Positions 9,155-19,600 of a DNA stretch of 64,000 bases are shown one piece after another. Each line of letters begins with the position of its first letter. Position 1 is the stretch's first letter. The stretch comes from an uncultured Spirochaetota bacterium (lineage in GTDB: Bacteria; Spirochaetota; Spirochaetia; SZUA-6; Fen-1364), in assembly GCA_963845535.1 (NCBI GenBank), contig CAWJSK010000017.1:1-64000 (forward strand), written 5' to 3'. Below the pieces are notes generated by a model that was not told the DNA's origin, did not search any database, and worked only from the letters and a program-made list of their open reading frames with translations. The translations under genes and the position numbers were made by a program.

Positions 9155-10957
9155 GTGAGTTCCAATGCACATATCCGATCCAGCAGCCCCGGGGTGGTCC
9201 TGGCAATCATCCTGGCAAGCTACCTGATGATCGGTGTCGATATCAGCATCGTCAACATCGCGCTCCCGAGCCTGAAGAACGGCCTGGGATTCTCGACTGT
9301 CGGCCTTTCATGGGTCGTCAACGCGTACATGCTCGCCTACGGAGGGCTCCTGTTCCTGGGGGGAAGGTCTGGCGACATCGCCGGCCGCAGGAGGACGCTG
9401 CTCGGCGGGATTGCCCTGTTCACGCTTGCATCAGCGCTGGGAGGCTTTGCCGCCACGGCATGGTGGCTCCTTGCGGCGCGCGTTCTCCAGGGAATCGGCG
9501 CGGCACTCATCGCGCCGAGCACGCTGGCCCTCCTGATCACGAACTTCCCGGAGGGGCAGCAGCGCAACCGCGCGCTCAGCATCTATTCTGCATCCGCGAG
9601 CCTGGGGATCATCATCGGCCTCATGATGGGCGGGCTGCTGACGGGATGGCTGTCCTGGCGGTGGGTGTTCTTTGTGAATGTTCCCGTCGGCGCGGCGCTG
9701 GTCCTGGCAATACCGGGATCGCTCAAGGAGACGGACCGCCAGGCGGGCAGGTTTGACGCTCCTGGAGCATTGGCCTCCTCCCTGGGAATGACGCTGCTCG
9801 TCTACGGGCTGATCCGTGCGGCCTCCGCGGGGGCGCGCGATCCTGGGACCATCGCGGCGTTTGCAGCCGCGGCGGTCCTGCTCGGCGTCTTCGTGTGGCA
9901 CGAGAGGCGGACCAGTCATCCGCTTCTGCCAATGCGTCTTTTTCTGAATCGCAATCGGGTTGGCGCATACGTGAACTTCCTCTTCATCGTTGCGGGCAAC
10001 TACGGCATGTTCTTTTTTGCGACGCAGTTCATGCAGGGCGCGCTGAGGTTCAGCCCTCTCCAGACCGGCCTTGCGTATCTCCCCATGGCCGTGACGCTCC
10101 TTGTCACTGTTCGCATTGTGCCGCGGATGCTCAAGACCATGAACGCAAAATGGCTGATCCTGCCGGGCACGCTCGTGCAGGCGCTGGGGATACTCTGGTT
10201 GAGCAGACTGTCAGCCGGAAGCGATTACGCGAGCGGCGTGTTCGGGCCCATGGTGCTCATCGGATTGGCCGCCGGTCTTTGCATCATGCCGCTCAATACG
10301 ATTGCACTGTCCGCGGTGGACAAGAAGGAGTCCGGGGCGGCGTCAGGGTTGGCCCAGACCATGATGTCAGTGGGCGGTTCCTTCGGTCTTGCCATCCTGG
10401 TGACGGTCTTTGGCGCCGCCAGCCACGGACAAGCCGCGCGGTTTGTGCCGGCCGCTGATGCCTCCCTGCGCGTGGCTGCTTTCTTTGCTGCTGCTGCTTT
10501 CGTGGTGACTACTTTTGTGATCCGGGCTCCCCGCGTAGCACGCGGCGTGGCTGGCGCGGAACGCAACAAGTCCATTGTCCGCCGGTACCTGGAAATGTGG
10601 AATACGGGCAACGGGGCGGCGGCGCACGAGATCCTGCACCCGCAATGGGTGGATCACGCGCACCCTGAAGTCAGGGGAATCCCGGCTGTGGCTGCTGTCC
10701 TTGCCAGGACTCGGGAGACGTTCCCGGACTTCCATATCGGCGTCGACTCCATGGTGAGCGAAGGAGACCGCATTGCCGTCCGCAGCACCATCCGCAGGAC
10801 AAACGGCGGAGGTCCGGAGGTCTCCCGTGTCATGTGGTTCATCCGTGTGGAGGGGGACAAGATGGCGGAAATGTGGACTGCAACCGAGCACGCTGACGGC
10901 GCGCTGAGCCCTGACCAGGATGACGAGATGAGCGCCATCCAGGCGCAGGCGGGGTAG
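9155..10957 (+). CDS. DHA2-type MFS transporter fused to C-terminal SnoaL-like (ester cyclase) domain
   Basis: DISIVNIALPS, WVVNAYMLAYGGLLFLGGRSGD, WRWVFFVNVPVG; C-terminal NKSIVRRYLEMWN...FPDFHIGVDSMVSEGDRIAVR; GGAGG RBS before GTG. Confidence 0.9.
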   Translation: MSSNAHIRSSSPGVVLAIILASYLMIGVDISIVNIALPSLKNGLGFSTVGLSWVVNAYMLAYGGLLFLGGRSGDIAGRRRTLLGGIALFTLASALGGFAATAWWLLAARVLQGIGAALIAPSTLALLITNFPEGQQRNRALSIYSASASLGIIIGLMMGGLLTGWLSWRWVFFVNVPVGAALVLAIPGSLKETDRQAGRFDAPGALASSLGMTLLVYGLIRAASAGARDPGTIAAFAAAAVLLGVFVWHERRTSHPLLPMRLFLNRNRVGAYVNFLFIVAGNYGMFFFATQFMQGALRFSPLQTGLAYLPMAVTLLVTVRIVPRMLKTMNAKWLILPGTLVQALGILWLSRLSAGSDYASGVFGPMVLIGLAAGLCIMPLNTIALSAVDKKESGAASGLAQTMMSVGGSFGLAILVTVFGAASHGQAARFVPAADASLRVAAFFAAAAFVVTTFVIRAPRVARGVAGAERNKSIVRRYLEMWNTGNGAAAHEILHPQWVDHAHPEVRGIPAVAAVLARTRETFPDFHIGVDSMVSEGDRIAVRSTIRRTNGGGPEVSRVMWFIRVEGDKMAEMWTATEHADGALSPDQDDEMSAIQAQAG

Positions 10958-10967
10958 GGGTGGGCGC

Positions 10968-11714
10968 ATGAAGCTCAAGGACAAAGTTGCAGTGGTGACA
11001 GGCGGGGGCCGGGGAATCGGGAAAGCGATTGCAGAGGCTTTCGCGCGCGAGGGCGCTCACGTCATTGTGACCGCCGCTCGCGCCGGGGGTGAGATCGAAG
11101 AGGTGGCGGCCAAGGTCGCGGGAACGGCCGTCATGGCGGATGTCTCAAAGCAGGAGGACGTGGAGCACCTGGTCCATTCCGTCACCAGAAAGTTCGGACA
11201 GATTGACGTACTTGTGAACAACGCCGCCCGAGGGATGAGGTTTGTCAACGAGCGATTCATGACGGAGCCGCGGCCTTTCTGGGAGGCCGACCCCGAGGCG
11301 TGGCGCATGGTGATGGACACGAATATCACCGGAGTCTTCCTGATGACGCGCGCCGTGGTTCCGGGGATGATCGCTCGCGGCGGCGGCCGGATCATCAACA
11401 TCTCAGTGAGCCTTGAGACCATGAAAAGGAAGGGTTTCTCACCATATGGGCCTTCAAAGGCGGCGATGGAGTCGATGAGCACCATCTGGGCTCAGGAGCT
11501 TCAGGGAACTGGAGTCACGCTCAACCTCCTGCTCCCCGGCGGGGCCACCAAAACCGGCATGATTCCAGAGTCCTTCCCCGAAGAGAAGCGGAAGGAGTTG
11601 ATTGACCCGGAAGTGATGGGACCGCCCGCGGTGTATCTCGCATCAGAAGACGCCGGCGGCATCAACGGTGAAAGGATCATCGCCATCGAGTGGGAGCGCG
11701 CGCGCCGTCGATGA
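10968..11714 (+). CDS. SDR family oxidoreductase
   Basis: TGGGRGIG, NNA and YGPSK motifs. Confidence 0.93.
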   Translation: MKLKDKVAVVTGGGRGIGKAIAEAFAREGAHVIVTAARAGGEIEEVAAKVAGTAVMADVSKQEDVEHLVHSVTRKFGQIDVLVNNAARGMRFVNERFMTEPRPFWEADPEAWRMVMDTNITGVFLMTRAVVPGMIARGGGRIINISVSLETMKRKGFSPYGPSKAAMESMSTIWAQELQGTGVTLNLLLPGGATKTGMIPESFPEEKRKELIDPEVMGPPAVYLASEDAGGINGERIIAIEWERARRR

Positions 11715-11818
11715 CGTTGCTTTTCGGCGAAGGAAGCCGTCGCCACGATCGATGGCCTCTTGAAGTTGTCTCCCTTACATCCCTGTCCATGCACAGCTGA
11801 TGCAGGCCCGTCTTTTCT

Positions 11819-12250
11819 TCAGTTGCCCGGCCGCCCGGCCCTCTCTTCAGCGAGACTTCCTCTATAGAAGTACGGAACGCCAAACGTCCACAGGAGCACG
11901 GCTATCGCCCCGATCCAACCGACGTAGATGTGGTACGTGACGAAGGGTCCTCCCATCGTATAAGCCCAAATGGCAAACGACACCGCGGAAACGGCCACTG
12001 CCACCCATTGGGGACCAAGGCTCTGAGAGGGGTCGCGTGTTGCCATGGCGCGGACCAGGATTACGACCAGGAAGCAGACTCCGGTCCATACTGCCGATCC
12101 GATGCCCTTGTTAGCGGGGATTACCCCGACACCCACGAGGTAAAGGCCGACTACCTCCGCCGGTATCAGTCTGATGAGTCGATCCAGGTACGTTTGGAAA
12201 CCCGCGGATCTTTCACCCGCGCCGGCGACTCCTTTTTCTATCCTCAGCAT
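11819..12250 (-). CDS. Hypothetical 4-TM membrane protein
   Basis: GGAGGGAGG RBS; YLDRLIRLIPAEVVGLYL followed by about four hydrophobic helices. Confidence 0.8.
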   Translation of the reverse strand: MLRIEKGVAGAGERSAGFQTYLDRLIRLIPAEVVGLYLVGVGVIPANKGIGSAVWTGVCFLVVILVRAMATRDPSQSLGPQWVAVAVSAVSFAIWAYTMGGPFVTYHIYVGWIGAIAVLLWTFGVPYFYRGSLAEERAGRPGN

Positions 12251-12368
12251 CTTCGCCTAGCCTCCCTCCATCACTACCCGCGTCGGTTATGGCCCGTTGC
12301 CGGGCCTTGTCTTTATGACAACCGCCGAACAGTGCGTAGGGTATTCTCTAGGGGGAGGAAGGAAAGGG

Positions 12369-12638
12369 ATGGGACGGATGATCCACAAGGCTCCAGCTCC
12401 GTCTGTCATTGACGGCCTGCTGACGAAAAACCCGTTCTCAAGGCCCGGAGAATCACTCGATACAGTGCTGGCGGTCATCTCCCATTTCATTATCGATCCA
12501 TATGGGCTGGACCCGATTACGGACATCGCCACCCATCACATGGTGGTTGGCTGGGAGGACTGTCCGCGACCGTGGACCGTTCACCCCGATCTCCTTGAAG
12601 CGTTCCGCCAAACAGTTGCCTCGCGGGTGGCCGGATGA
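12369..12638 (+). pseudogene. Internally deleted N-acetylmuramoyl-L-alanine amidase (Amidase_2) relic
   Basis: LLTKNPFSRPG (N-term), SHFIID (middle) and THHMVVGWEDCP (C-term Zn ligands) joined in ~89 aa; stop overlaps patatin ATG. Confidence 0.6.
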
Positions 12639-13579
12639 AGAGGTTTCGGTCTCACGTCGCCCTTGCGGTGGACGGCGGCGGCATCAGAGGAACCATGGTG
12701 GTCCGCGCGCTTTCGGTACTCGAAGACAGGAAGGCATTCGGAGGAAAGACCGCTGACAAGGTCTTCAACCTGTCTGCTGGCACCTCAACGGGCTCCATCA
12801 TCTCCGCCGGTCTCGCGGCGGGCATGTCGGGCGGGACATTGTATGGTCTCTACCGGGCGCTGGGCCCGCAGGTCTTCAAGACGACGCTGCGCAGCCTGCT
12901 CTGGCCCCTGTTTCGCTATCGTTTCGACCCGGGGCCGCTCGAGCGATTTCTCACTCAGTACATCGGCCCGGTGACGATGAGGGACATCGGAGCCATGAGC
13001 CTCGTCATTACGACATTCGACCTCGTAGAAGACCGCACCCGGTTCATAAAGTCGGGGAAGCCCGACTACGCGGATTGGCAGGTGGCCACCGCCGTGCGCG
13101 CATCCTGCGCCGTCCCCACGTACTTCCCGCCGGTGAAGGGGCAGTTCGTGGATGGGGGCGTTGGGTCCTATTCGAACCCCTGTTATCTTGCCGCCTACGA
13201 GGCGTGCATCGTCAGGAAATGGGACCCGGCGGAGACGACGCTCATCAGCTTCGGCGCCGGCCGGGATCCCCACACGCTGAAGCGGGGGGATGCTGACCGC
13301 TTTCGGCCGTGGGATTGGCTCGCGCCCATCCTGGATGCCTTTCAGCAATCGGCTGATGACGAGCAACAGCGCGTGGTAAGAACCTTTTTCCGAAAGCTCG
13401 ATTTCCGCCGGTTCCAGGTGAACCTGGCGAAGCCGATTTCACTCGACGATGCGAGTGAAGAGACTCTCAACCAGTTGGTACGATACGGCGATGAGCTTGC
13501 CGATATGGTCATGAAAGACCGTACTGATACCGAAGTCATGACGGGCGCGTACGCGCTGCCGCCGGCGATGCGACGGTAG
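12635..13579 (+). CDS. Patatin-like phospholipase
   Basis: DGGGIRG, GTSTG (catalytic Ser) and DGG (catalytic Asp). Confidence 0.93.
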   Translation: MKRFRSHVALAVDGGGIRGTMVVRALSVLEDRKAFGGKTADKVFNLSAGTSTGSIISAGLAAGMSGGTLYGLYRALGPQVFKTTLRSLLWPLFRYRFDPGPLERFLTQYIGPVTMRDIGAMSLVITTFDLVEDRTRFIKSGKPDYADWQVATAVRASCAVPTYFPPVKGQFVDGGVGSYSNPCYLAAYEACIVRKWDPAETTLISFGAGRDPHTLKRGDADRFRPWDWLAPILDAFQQSADDEQQRVVRTFFRKLDFRRFQVNLAKPISLDDASEETLNQLVRYGDELADMVMKDRTDTEVMTGAYALPPAMRR

Positions 13580-13588
13580 GAGGTCCAT

Positions 13589-14650
13589 ATGTCCATGGTT
13601 CCTGGAGCGGTTCGCGACAGACCCCCACGGAACAGATCCCAGGCGCACCCGGGGGTGCATCCCCTCTCCGAGCTTACCCACAGCTCGCAGCGCTTCCAGC
13701 CTCTTCCTGCCCCCCTGGGTCCGCCCCCCTACCACGTGGACCTCGCGAGCGTATTGCCCGACATCGAGCAGCGCGCCGCGCGTGACAGGAAAATTGCCTT
13801 CCACGCGGTGGGGGACACCGGCGGAATCAAGGACGCCACTTTTCAGAACGACGTGGCTGCCGCCATGGTGGAGGACCTTGCCGGCGGGTCTCCGTCCCCG
13901 TCTTTTTTCTATCATCTCGGGGATGTCGTGTATTTCAACGGAGAGGTCAACGACTACTACTCGCAGTTCTACGAGCCCTATGAGCAGTATCGCGCTCCCA
14001 TCCTCTCCATCCCCGGCAATCACGACGGGGATCCGGTGGATCAGACGCAGACGTCCCTCGACGGATGGGTGCGATATTTCATGACACGGTCCCCCGGCGT
14101 GGATCCCATCTCACGGGATGCCCCCCGGGTTACGCTGTCCCTGCCGAATGTTTACTGGACTCTCACCGGGCCTTTCCTGACGATCATCGGGATGTACACG
14201 AACGTTCCCGAGCACGGGTCCATCGATTCCGCGCAACTGCAATGGCTCATTCACGAGTTTGACCAGGCGCCGAAGGACAGGGCGCTGGTGGTTGCCCTGC
14301 ACCATGCGGTGTACTCGTTCGACGACCACCACAGCGGCGGCTCGCGGATGGCGGACGCCATCCAGCAGGCCATCAATGACACGCGGCGCATCCCCAACCT
14401 CGTCCTGACCGGGCACGTGCACAACTACCAGCGGATCGAAAAGAGCATTCACGTGAATATCGCGGTGCCCTTCCTGGTGGCGGGCGTGGACCACGAGTGG
14501 AGCTACCTGGCGCTGAGCGTGGATGCAAAAACGCTGAGCGGTGTTGCAACCACGGTGGCCCGGGACGGCAAAATAACCAGGAACGTGGATCGATTCAGCT
14601 ATCCCGTCGCCGCCCTCAGCCTTCCTCGAGGCGCCATGGCGGAGCTGTGA
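13589..14650 (+). CDS. Calcineurin-like metallophosphoesterase (purple acid phosphatase-like)
   Basis: GDTG, GDVVY, GNHD, HH and GHVH motifs; GGAGG RBS. Confidence 0.9.
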   Translation: MSMVPGAVRDRPPRNRSQAHPGVHPLSELTHSSQRFQPLPAPLGPPPYHVDLASVLPDIEQRAARDRKIAFHAVGDTGGIKDATFQNDVAAAMVEDLAGGSPSPSFFYHLGDVVYFNGEVNDYYSQFYEPYEQYRAPILSIPGNHDGDPVDQTQTSLDGWVRYFMTRSPGVDPISRDAPRVTLSLPNVYWTLTGPFLTIIGMYTNVPEHGSIDSAQLQWLIHEFDQAPKDRALVVALHHAVYSFDDHHSGGSRMADAIQQAINDTRRIPNLVLTGHVHNYQRIEKSIHVNIAVPFLVAGVDHEWSYLALSVDAKTLSGVATTVARDGKITRNVDRFSYPVAALSLPRGAMAEL

Positions 14651-14829
14651 ACGGAAGTGAAAATGAAGCCCCGCCGAGAGCTGTTTCCGAGCGGCGCAAG
14701 ACGAGGATCCTTGCGGAGTGCCACTGTCAGGCGCTTCGCGGCCTGATCGAATCCTTTTGACCGAAACGCTGGCGATTGAGTATTTTTGAATACGTTTCGC
14801 CACGAGGAGAAACCAAGAGGAGAAAATCG

Positions 14830-15501
14830 ATGGCTGAATTTTTCAAACCGCGCACAGTCTGGACATTGGCAGCCCTGTTGTCTTTTCTCGCGCCAAGTGC
14901 ATTCGCTCAGGTGGGGCAGAACCCGCTCGACAGACCGGAGCTGCGGAAGTTCTGGAACCCAACCGTCGGCAAGGGCGCTGTGTATCAGCGCATCGAGAAT
15001 GACTCCGGCAAGAAGACGGTGAGCCTGGAAATCCAGGCCGTGGGGAAGGAGAGCGTTGGGGGCAAGGACGCCTACTGGATCGAATTTGCATTCGACAATC
15101 CGGAGCTGAAGGGGACCAGCTACGGAAAGAGCCTGATCGTCTTCGGTGAGACTCAACCGCGTCGGACGATCTTTCAATTTCCCGGAATGAGCGCAATGGA
15201 AATGCCGCTCCGTTCGACCTCCAGCTCCAACCTGAAAATGCAGGACCTCCACAAGATCGGAACGGAAACAGTCACGGTTCCCGCCGGCACCTTCACCTGT
15301 GAACATTGGAAGAGTGGGGACTCCGACGTGTGGGTGAGCACAAAGGTGTCGCCGTTCTCACTTGTGAAGGAAGTCAGCAAAGGCACGACGGAGGTCCTGG
15401 TCAAGACAATCGAGAACGCCACGGACCATATCACGGGGCCGGTCAAGCCTTTCGACGCGAAAGCCTTCATGCAGTACATGACGGAGCTGAAGAAAAAGTA
15501 G
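14830..15501 (+). CDS. Secreted hypothetical protein (DUF3108-like)
   Basis: Signal peptide ending AFA-Q; ETVTVPAGTFTC motif; GAGGAG RBS. Confidence 0.75.
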   Translation: MAEFFKPRTVWTLAALLSFLAPSAFAQVGQNPLDRPELRKFWNPTVGKGAVYQRIENDSGKKTVSLEIQAVGKESVGGKDAYWIEFAFDNPELKGTSYGKSLIVFGETQPRRTIFQFPGMSAMEMPLRSTSSSNLKMQDLHKIGTETVTVPAGTFTCEHWKSGDSDVWVSTKVSPFSLVKEVSKGTTEVLVKTIENATDHITGPVKPFDAKAFMQYMTELKKK

Positions 15502-15560
15502 CAGCGCCTCATGGCGATTTTGCCGGATTGATGGCCCGTGAGCTCGGCGGTGACCGGTGG

Positions 15561-16166
15561 TCAACGCGGACTGCTGCCCGCCCGCGCCAGCCGTAGATCG
15601 AGAAGTCTCTTTACATCGGGCCACTCGGCAGCCAGGATGCTGTACATCACGGTATCCCGTACCGTCCCGTCACGCCTTGCCCTGTGATGGCGGATGACGC
15701 CGTCCTTCCTGGCGCCCAGCGCCTCGATGGCCCGCTGCGAGGCGTGGTTGTAGAGGTCGGTGCGCAGGCCGACCACCTGGCACCCGAGACTTTCAAAAGC
15801 ATGGCCGAGCAGCAGCCGCTTGCAGGCAGTGTTGACGTAGGTGCGCTGCCAGCTCTTTGCATACCACGTGTAGCCGATCTCGACACGATCGATCGAAGCT
15901 GCGATGTCATGATAGCGCGTGGTGCCCACGATAGCCCCCGTGGACAATTCCCGCACTGCCCATGGCAGCATATGGCCTGCTTCGTGCCCCGCAAGCGCCT
16001 CGGCGATGTAGGAGCGGGTCTGCCCGGGCTCCGGTACCGCGGTGAACCACAGCTCCCAGAGCGCGCCGTCCGTTGCGGCGACGGTGAGCCCGTCAAGATG
16101 CGCGTGGGAGAGAGGCTCCAGACGGACGCCGTGCCCTTCAAGTGTCACTGGCTCAGGTGTGATCAT
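15561..16166 (-). CDS. GNAT family N-acetyltransferase (RimJ/RimL-like)
   Basis: RVEIGYTWYAKSWQRTYVNT, NHASQRAIEALGARKDG and RDTVMYSIL motifs. Confidence 0.92.
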   Translation of the reverse strand: MITPEPVTLEGHGVRLEPLSHAHLDGLTVAATDGALWELWFTAVPEPGQTRSYIAEALAGHEAGHMLPWAVRELSTGAIVGTTRYHDIAASIDRVEIGYTWYAKSWQRTYVNTACKRLLLGHAFESLGCQVVGLRTDLYNHASQRAIEALGARKDGVIRHHRARRDGTVRDTVMYSILAAEWPDVKRLLDLRLARAGSSPR

Positions 16167-16306
16167 ACGCGGAGTAGAAAATGGGCAGGACGCCGCGAAA
16201 GGTCAAGCCTGGTTCAGGCAGAGATCGGCCTCATGCAAAGGAGTTGAAACGTTCAAAGGGGAGGTTCACGGGATGCATACGCCGACGACCGTAACCTGAT
16301 GCGTGA

Positions 16307-16546
16307 GCGGGCGAAGCGGAAAGCCCGCAGGCGCCGCGCGAGGCCGAGGCGGCGGCGAATACCAACAGCAGTTGTCTGCCGGGTGATCCGTTCGCCGAGG
16401 ACTTGGAGCGAAGCACGCGACCCGCCCGAGGGGATCGCGGAGGCAGCGCCTGCGCTCCGTCGAGCTCCCTCGGGCGGGGCACGCCCATCTTCTTCTCTCA
16501 CTCACTCCCGATAGAGCTCGTGCTTGAGAAACCTGGAGAGCACGAG
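16307..16546. repeat. Cluster of inverted repeats (REP/MITE-like or structured RNA)
   Basis: Stems at 16307-16328, 16421-16478 (perfect 12 bp CCCGCCCGAGGG) and 16517-16546. Confidence 0.5.
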
Positions 16547-16635
16547 TTTCACTGCCATTCTTCAGCGGTCCGTTGCGTCGGCTCCGTGGCACTATGAACC
16601 GGTGACTGAAATAAAAACGGAGATAATGGAAAAGG

Positions 16636-16664
16636 TGGACGTTTTCAGAAGAAGTCGATAAAAT
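16636..16664 (+). promoter_or_regulatory. Sigma70-like promoter, probable leaderless start of A2M gene
   Basis: TGGACG-17-TAAAAT, 6 nt, then ATG 16671. Confidence 0.65.
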
Positions 16665-16670
16665 CGCGCC

Positions 16671-19600
16671 ATGAAAATACGATTCGAAATCCTCGTCCTC
16701 GTGGCTGCAGCCGGTGTCCTGTCCGCGGCTTACGCATGGGGCCAGCAAGGGGCGGACTCCTCCGCCTCCACGGCAGCTCTCTCCACGTCGCCAGCCGACC
16801 AAGCTGCACAGGCTGCGCCGAACCCGGCTTTTGCCGGCTCGCGGATCAAGTACTATGCGCCTGTTACACGGGACGCGCTTCCTGCCTCCGGAGCCGTAGG
16901 CGGCCCGGCTGTCATCCAGGAAACAAATGACCCTTTTGTCATCACGGATTTCGCGCCTCAGGATGAGGTGCCCGCGGAAATGACCGCGCTCACGGTCTAC
17001 GTCGTTTTCAGCCAGCCCGTTGTTCCGCTGGCAAAGCTGGGCAGCGTGATGCAGACCTCAACAATCATGAGAATCGCCCCGTCCCTGAAAGGTGTTTACC
17101 GCTGGTACGGAACGCGGATGCTGGCGTTCGAGCCGGTTGACCGCCTGGAACCGCTCAGGGAGTACACGGTTACCGTGGATCCCGGCCTCACTTCCCTGGG
17201 AGGGAAGAAGCTCACCGGCAACACGACATTCACGTTTCACAGCGAATACCTGAGGCTTCTCTCTATTGGCTTCCCTGATGGCAGGGATCCGACGCAGGAG
17301 GTCCCTCCCTCCGTCTCGCAGTCTATCGTTGTCACTTTTTCAGCAGCAGTGGACCCGCAGACAATCGGCAGATCCATCGAAGTAAGGACGGACTCCGCTT
17401 CTTTCCCGTTCACCATCTCGCGGCCTGACAACCCCGGCCCCGGGCAGACCGCGGACGATCTTGCCCGCATGGTCGTTCTGCGCCTCAAGCAGCTTCCGCC
17501 GGAAAACGCCGTGGTGTCCGTCATTCTGAAAAAAGGCGCCATTGCCAAGCCAGGACTTTTCCCGGTGATCTGGGACCAGAACATCGACTTCCGGACCCTG
17601 ACCCCGTTCCGTTTCAAGGATGCAGAGAGGTACTCATGGGGGTTCCCCGGCGGCACGGGCGGGGATTCCAACCCCGTCTACCTCGTGTTCAGCCATCCGG
17701 TCAAAAAGGAGAACCTCGCATCCCGGATCAGGATCACACCCGCCATTCCCGTGGCTGAATCGAACCTCGAGTTCTGGAACACCACCGTCAAGCTCAACAA
17801 CCTTCCGTTCCAGTTCGACACGAAATATCACGTCACGCTGGACCCGGCCATTGAGGACGTGTACGGCAGAAAGCTCGGCCAGTCCGCATCCAACGAGCTC
17901 GACTTGGACATCGGGAATCCATTCCGCTACGCGTACTTTCCCAACGAGGGAGTGGGGATGCTGGAATCGCAGTTCCCGAAAAAGTTCGTCTGGGAATCCC
18001 AGGACCTGAAGGAGGGAAGCTGGGGGATCGGCAGGATTGACGACCCGTATGACTTTTCCATGCCGCTGTCTCCCGTCGATTTCTCGAAGTTCCCGGTCCA
18101 CACGAAGCATTTTGAGGTCGTTGATTTCTCCCGTTTCCTGAACTCTTCCGGCAAGGGCTGGATAGGGGCCCAGTGGAAGCTGCAGGAGTTCCGCAACAGG
18201 GTGGAGCACCCCGAAGAGCACTCCCTCAGCCTCCAGGTGACGGACCTCGGGCTCACCGTCCGTTATGGATACAACAAAGTGGTGTGCCTGGTGTCCCAGC
18301 TCTCCACGGGCGCCGTGGTCTCCGGGGCAAAAGTCACCTTGAACGATTCGACGAAAGACATCCGCTCCGCTTTCACCGATCAGACCGGCGTGGCCGTGTT
18401 CGATTTCCCGCCGGGGGAGCTCATACGGGAGTTTCTGGCGCGCTTCACCAACAGGAATGATGAGAAGCACCTGCGCATCCGGGTGGAATCCGCAGATGAC
18501 AGGATCCTCTTCGAGCCGAACTTCAGCCACAACTCCTGGCACAACGGCGTCTGGGTGACCGGCATCGACGACGTGGAAGCGCCGCACGCGGAGGTCTTCC
18601 TCTTCAGCGACCGCCGCATCTACCGTCCGGGAGAGACAATCACGTTCCGCGGGATTGACCGGACGCTGCAACTGGGCAGGTATTCATCCTACCAGGGCGG
18701 CTACACGCTTCGGCTGCGGCAGACGGATTCCCGGGAGCCGGCGTTGACGGTCTCCGATGATACAAGCGCCTCAGGCGGTCTCTGGGGGACGTTCACGCTT
18801 CCTGACACCATCAAGGCCGGCGAATACTTCATGGAGTACTCGCACGCCGGCCAGCCGGAAAAGATCCTTCAGCGGGAGCCCGTCACCGTGTCCTATTTCC
18901 GAAGGCTCCTGTTTACTGCTTCACTTGCCAGTCCTGACAGGGCCTTCTTCCTGGGGGACGCGCTTTCTTTCGGCTTGAAAGCAGAGTACCTCTCCGGCGG
19001 CGCCGTGGGCGGCGCGGCCTACCAGGGCTACTGGACAAAGGAGCCCGCGTACTTCCAGCCCAACGGGAGCCGGTGGGACTCCTACATATTCGGACCAACG
19101 GGAGATTGGGAAATCTCCGACACCAGGACCACGCTCTCCACGGTGACTGGGTCTCTCTCTTCGCTTGGCCAGGCGCAGGTACAGCAGGCAACCACCAAGG
19201 AAGGCATCCTGGGGCAGGCATATGCGTATCGGCTCCAACTGAACGTGACGGACACGGCAAGCTCCCAATTGGTCGGCGTGGTCCATGGCGTGCTTGTCCA
19301 TCCCGCGGACTTCTATATTGGCGGCAAGCTTTCCCCGGGCGGCCGCAGGTACGGCCTCGTGGAAAAGAAGCAGCCAGTGACGCTGGACGTGGCGCTTGTC
19401 CGGCCTGACGGAAGGGTGTACACGCCGGATCAAGAGGTCCAGGTGGACGTCCACCGCATCGAGTGGAAGCTGGCCCAGCAGCAGGGCGTTGAGGACATGG
19501 TGAACACCCGCTGGCAGCGCATCGAGACGCCCGTGAGCTCCGCCACCGTGGACTGCGCCAACGGCGCTGCCCAGTGGAAGTTCACTCCAGATGCCACGGG

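Noticed and set aside
12635..13579. Patatin as CBASS CapV effector
   Set aside because: No CD-NTase or other CBASS genes in the window
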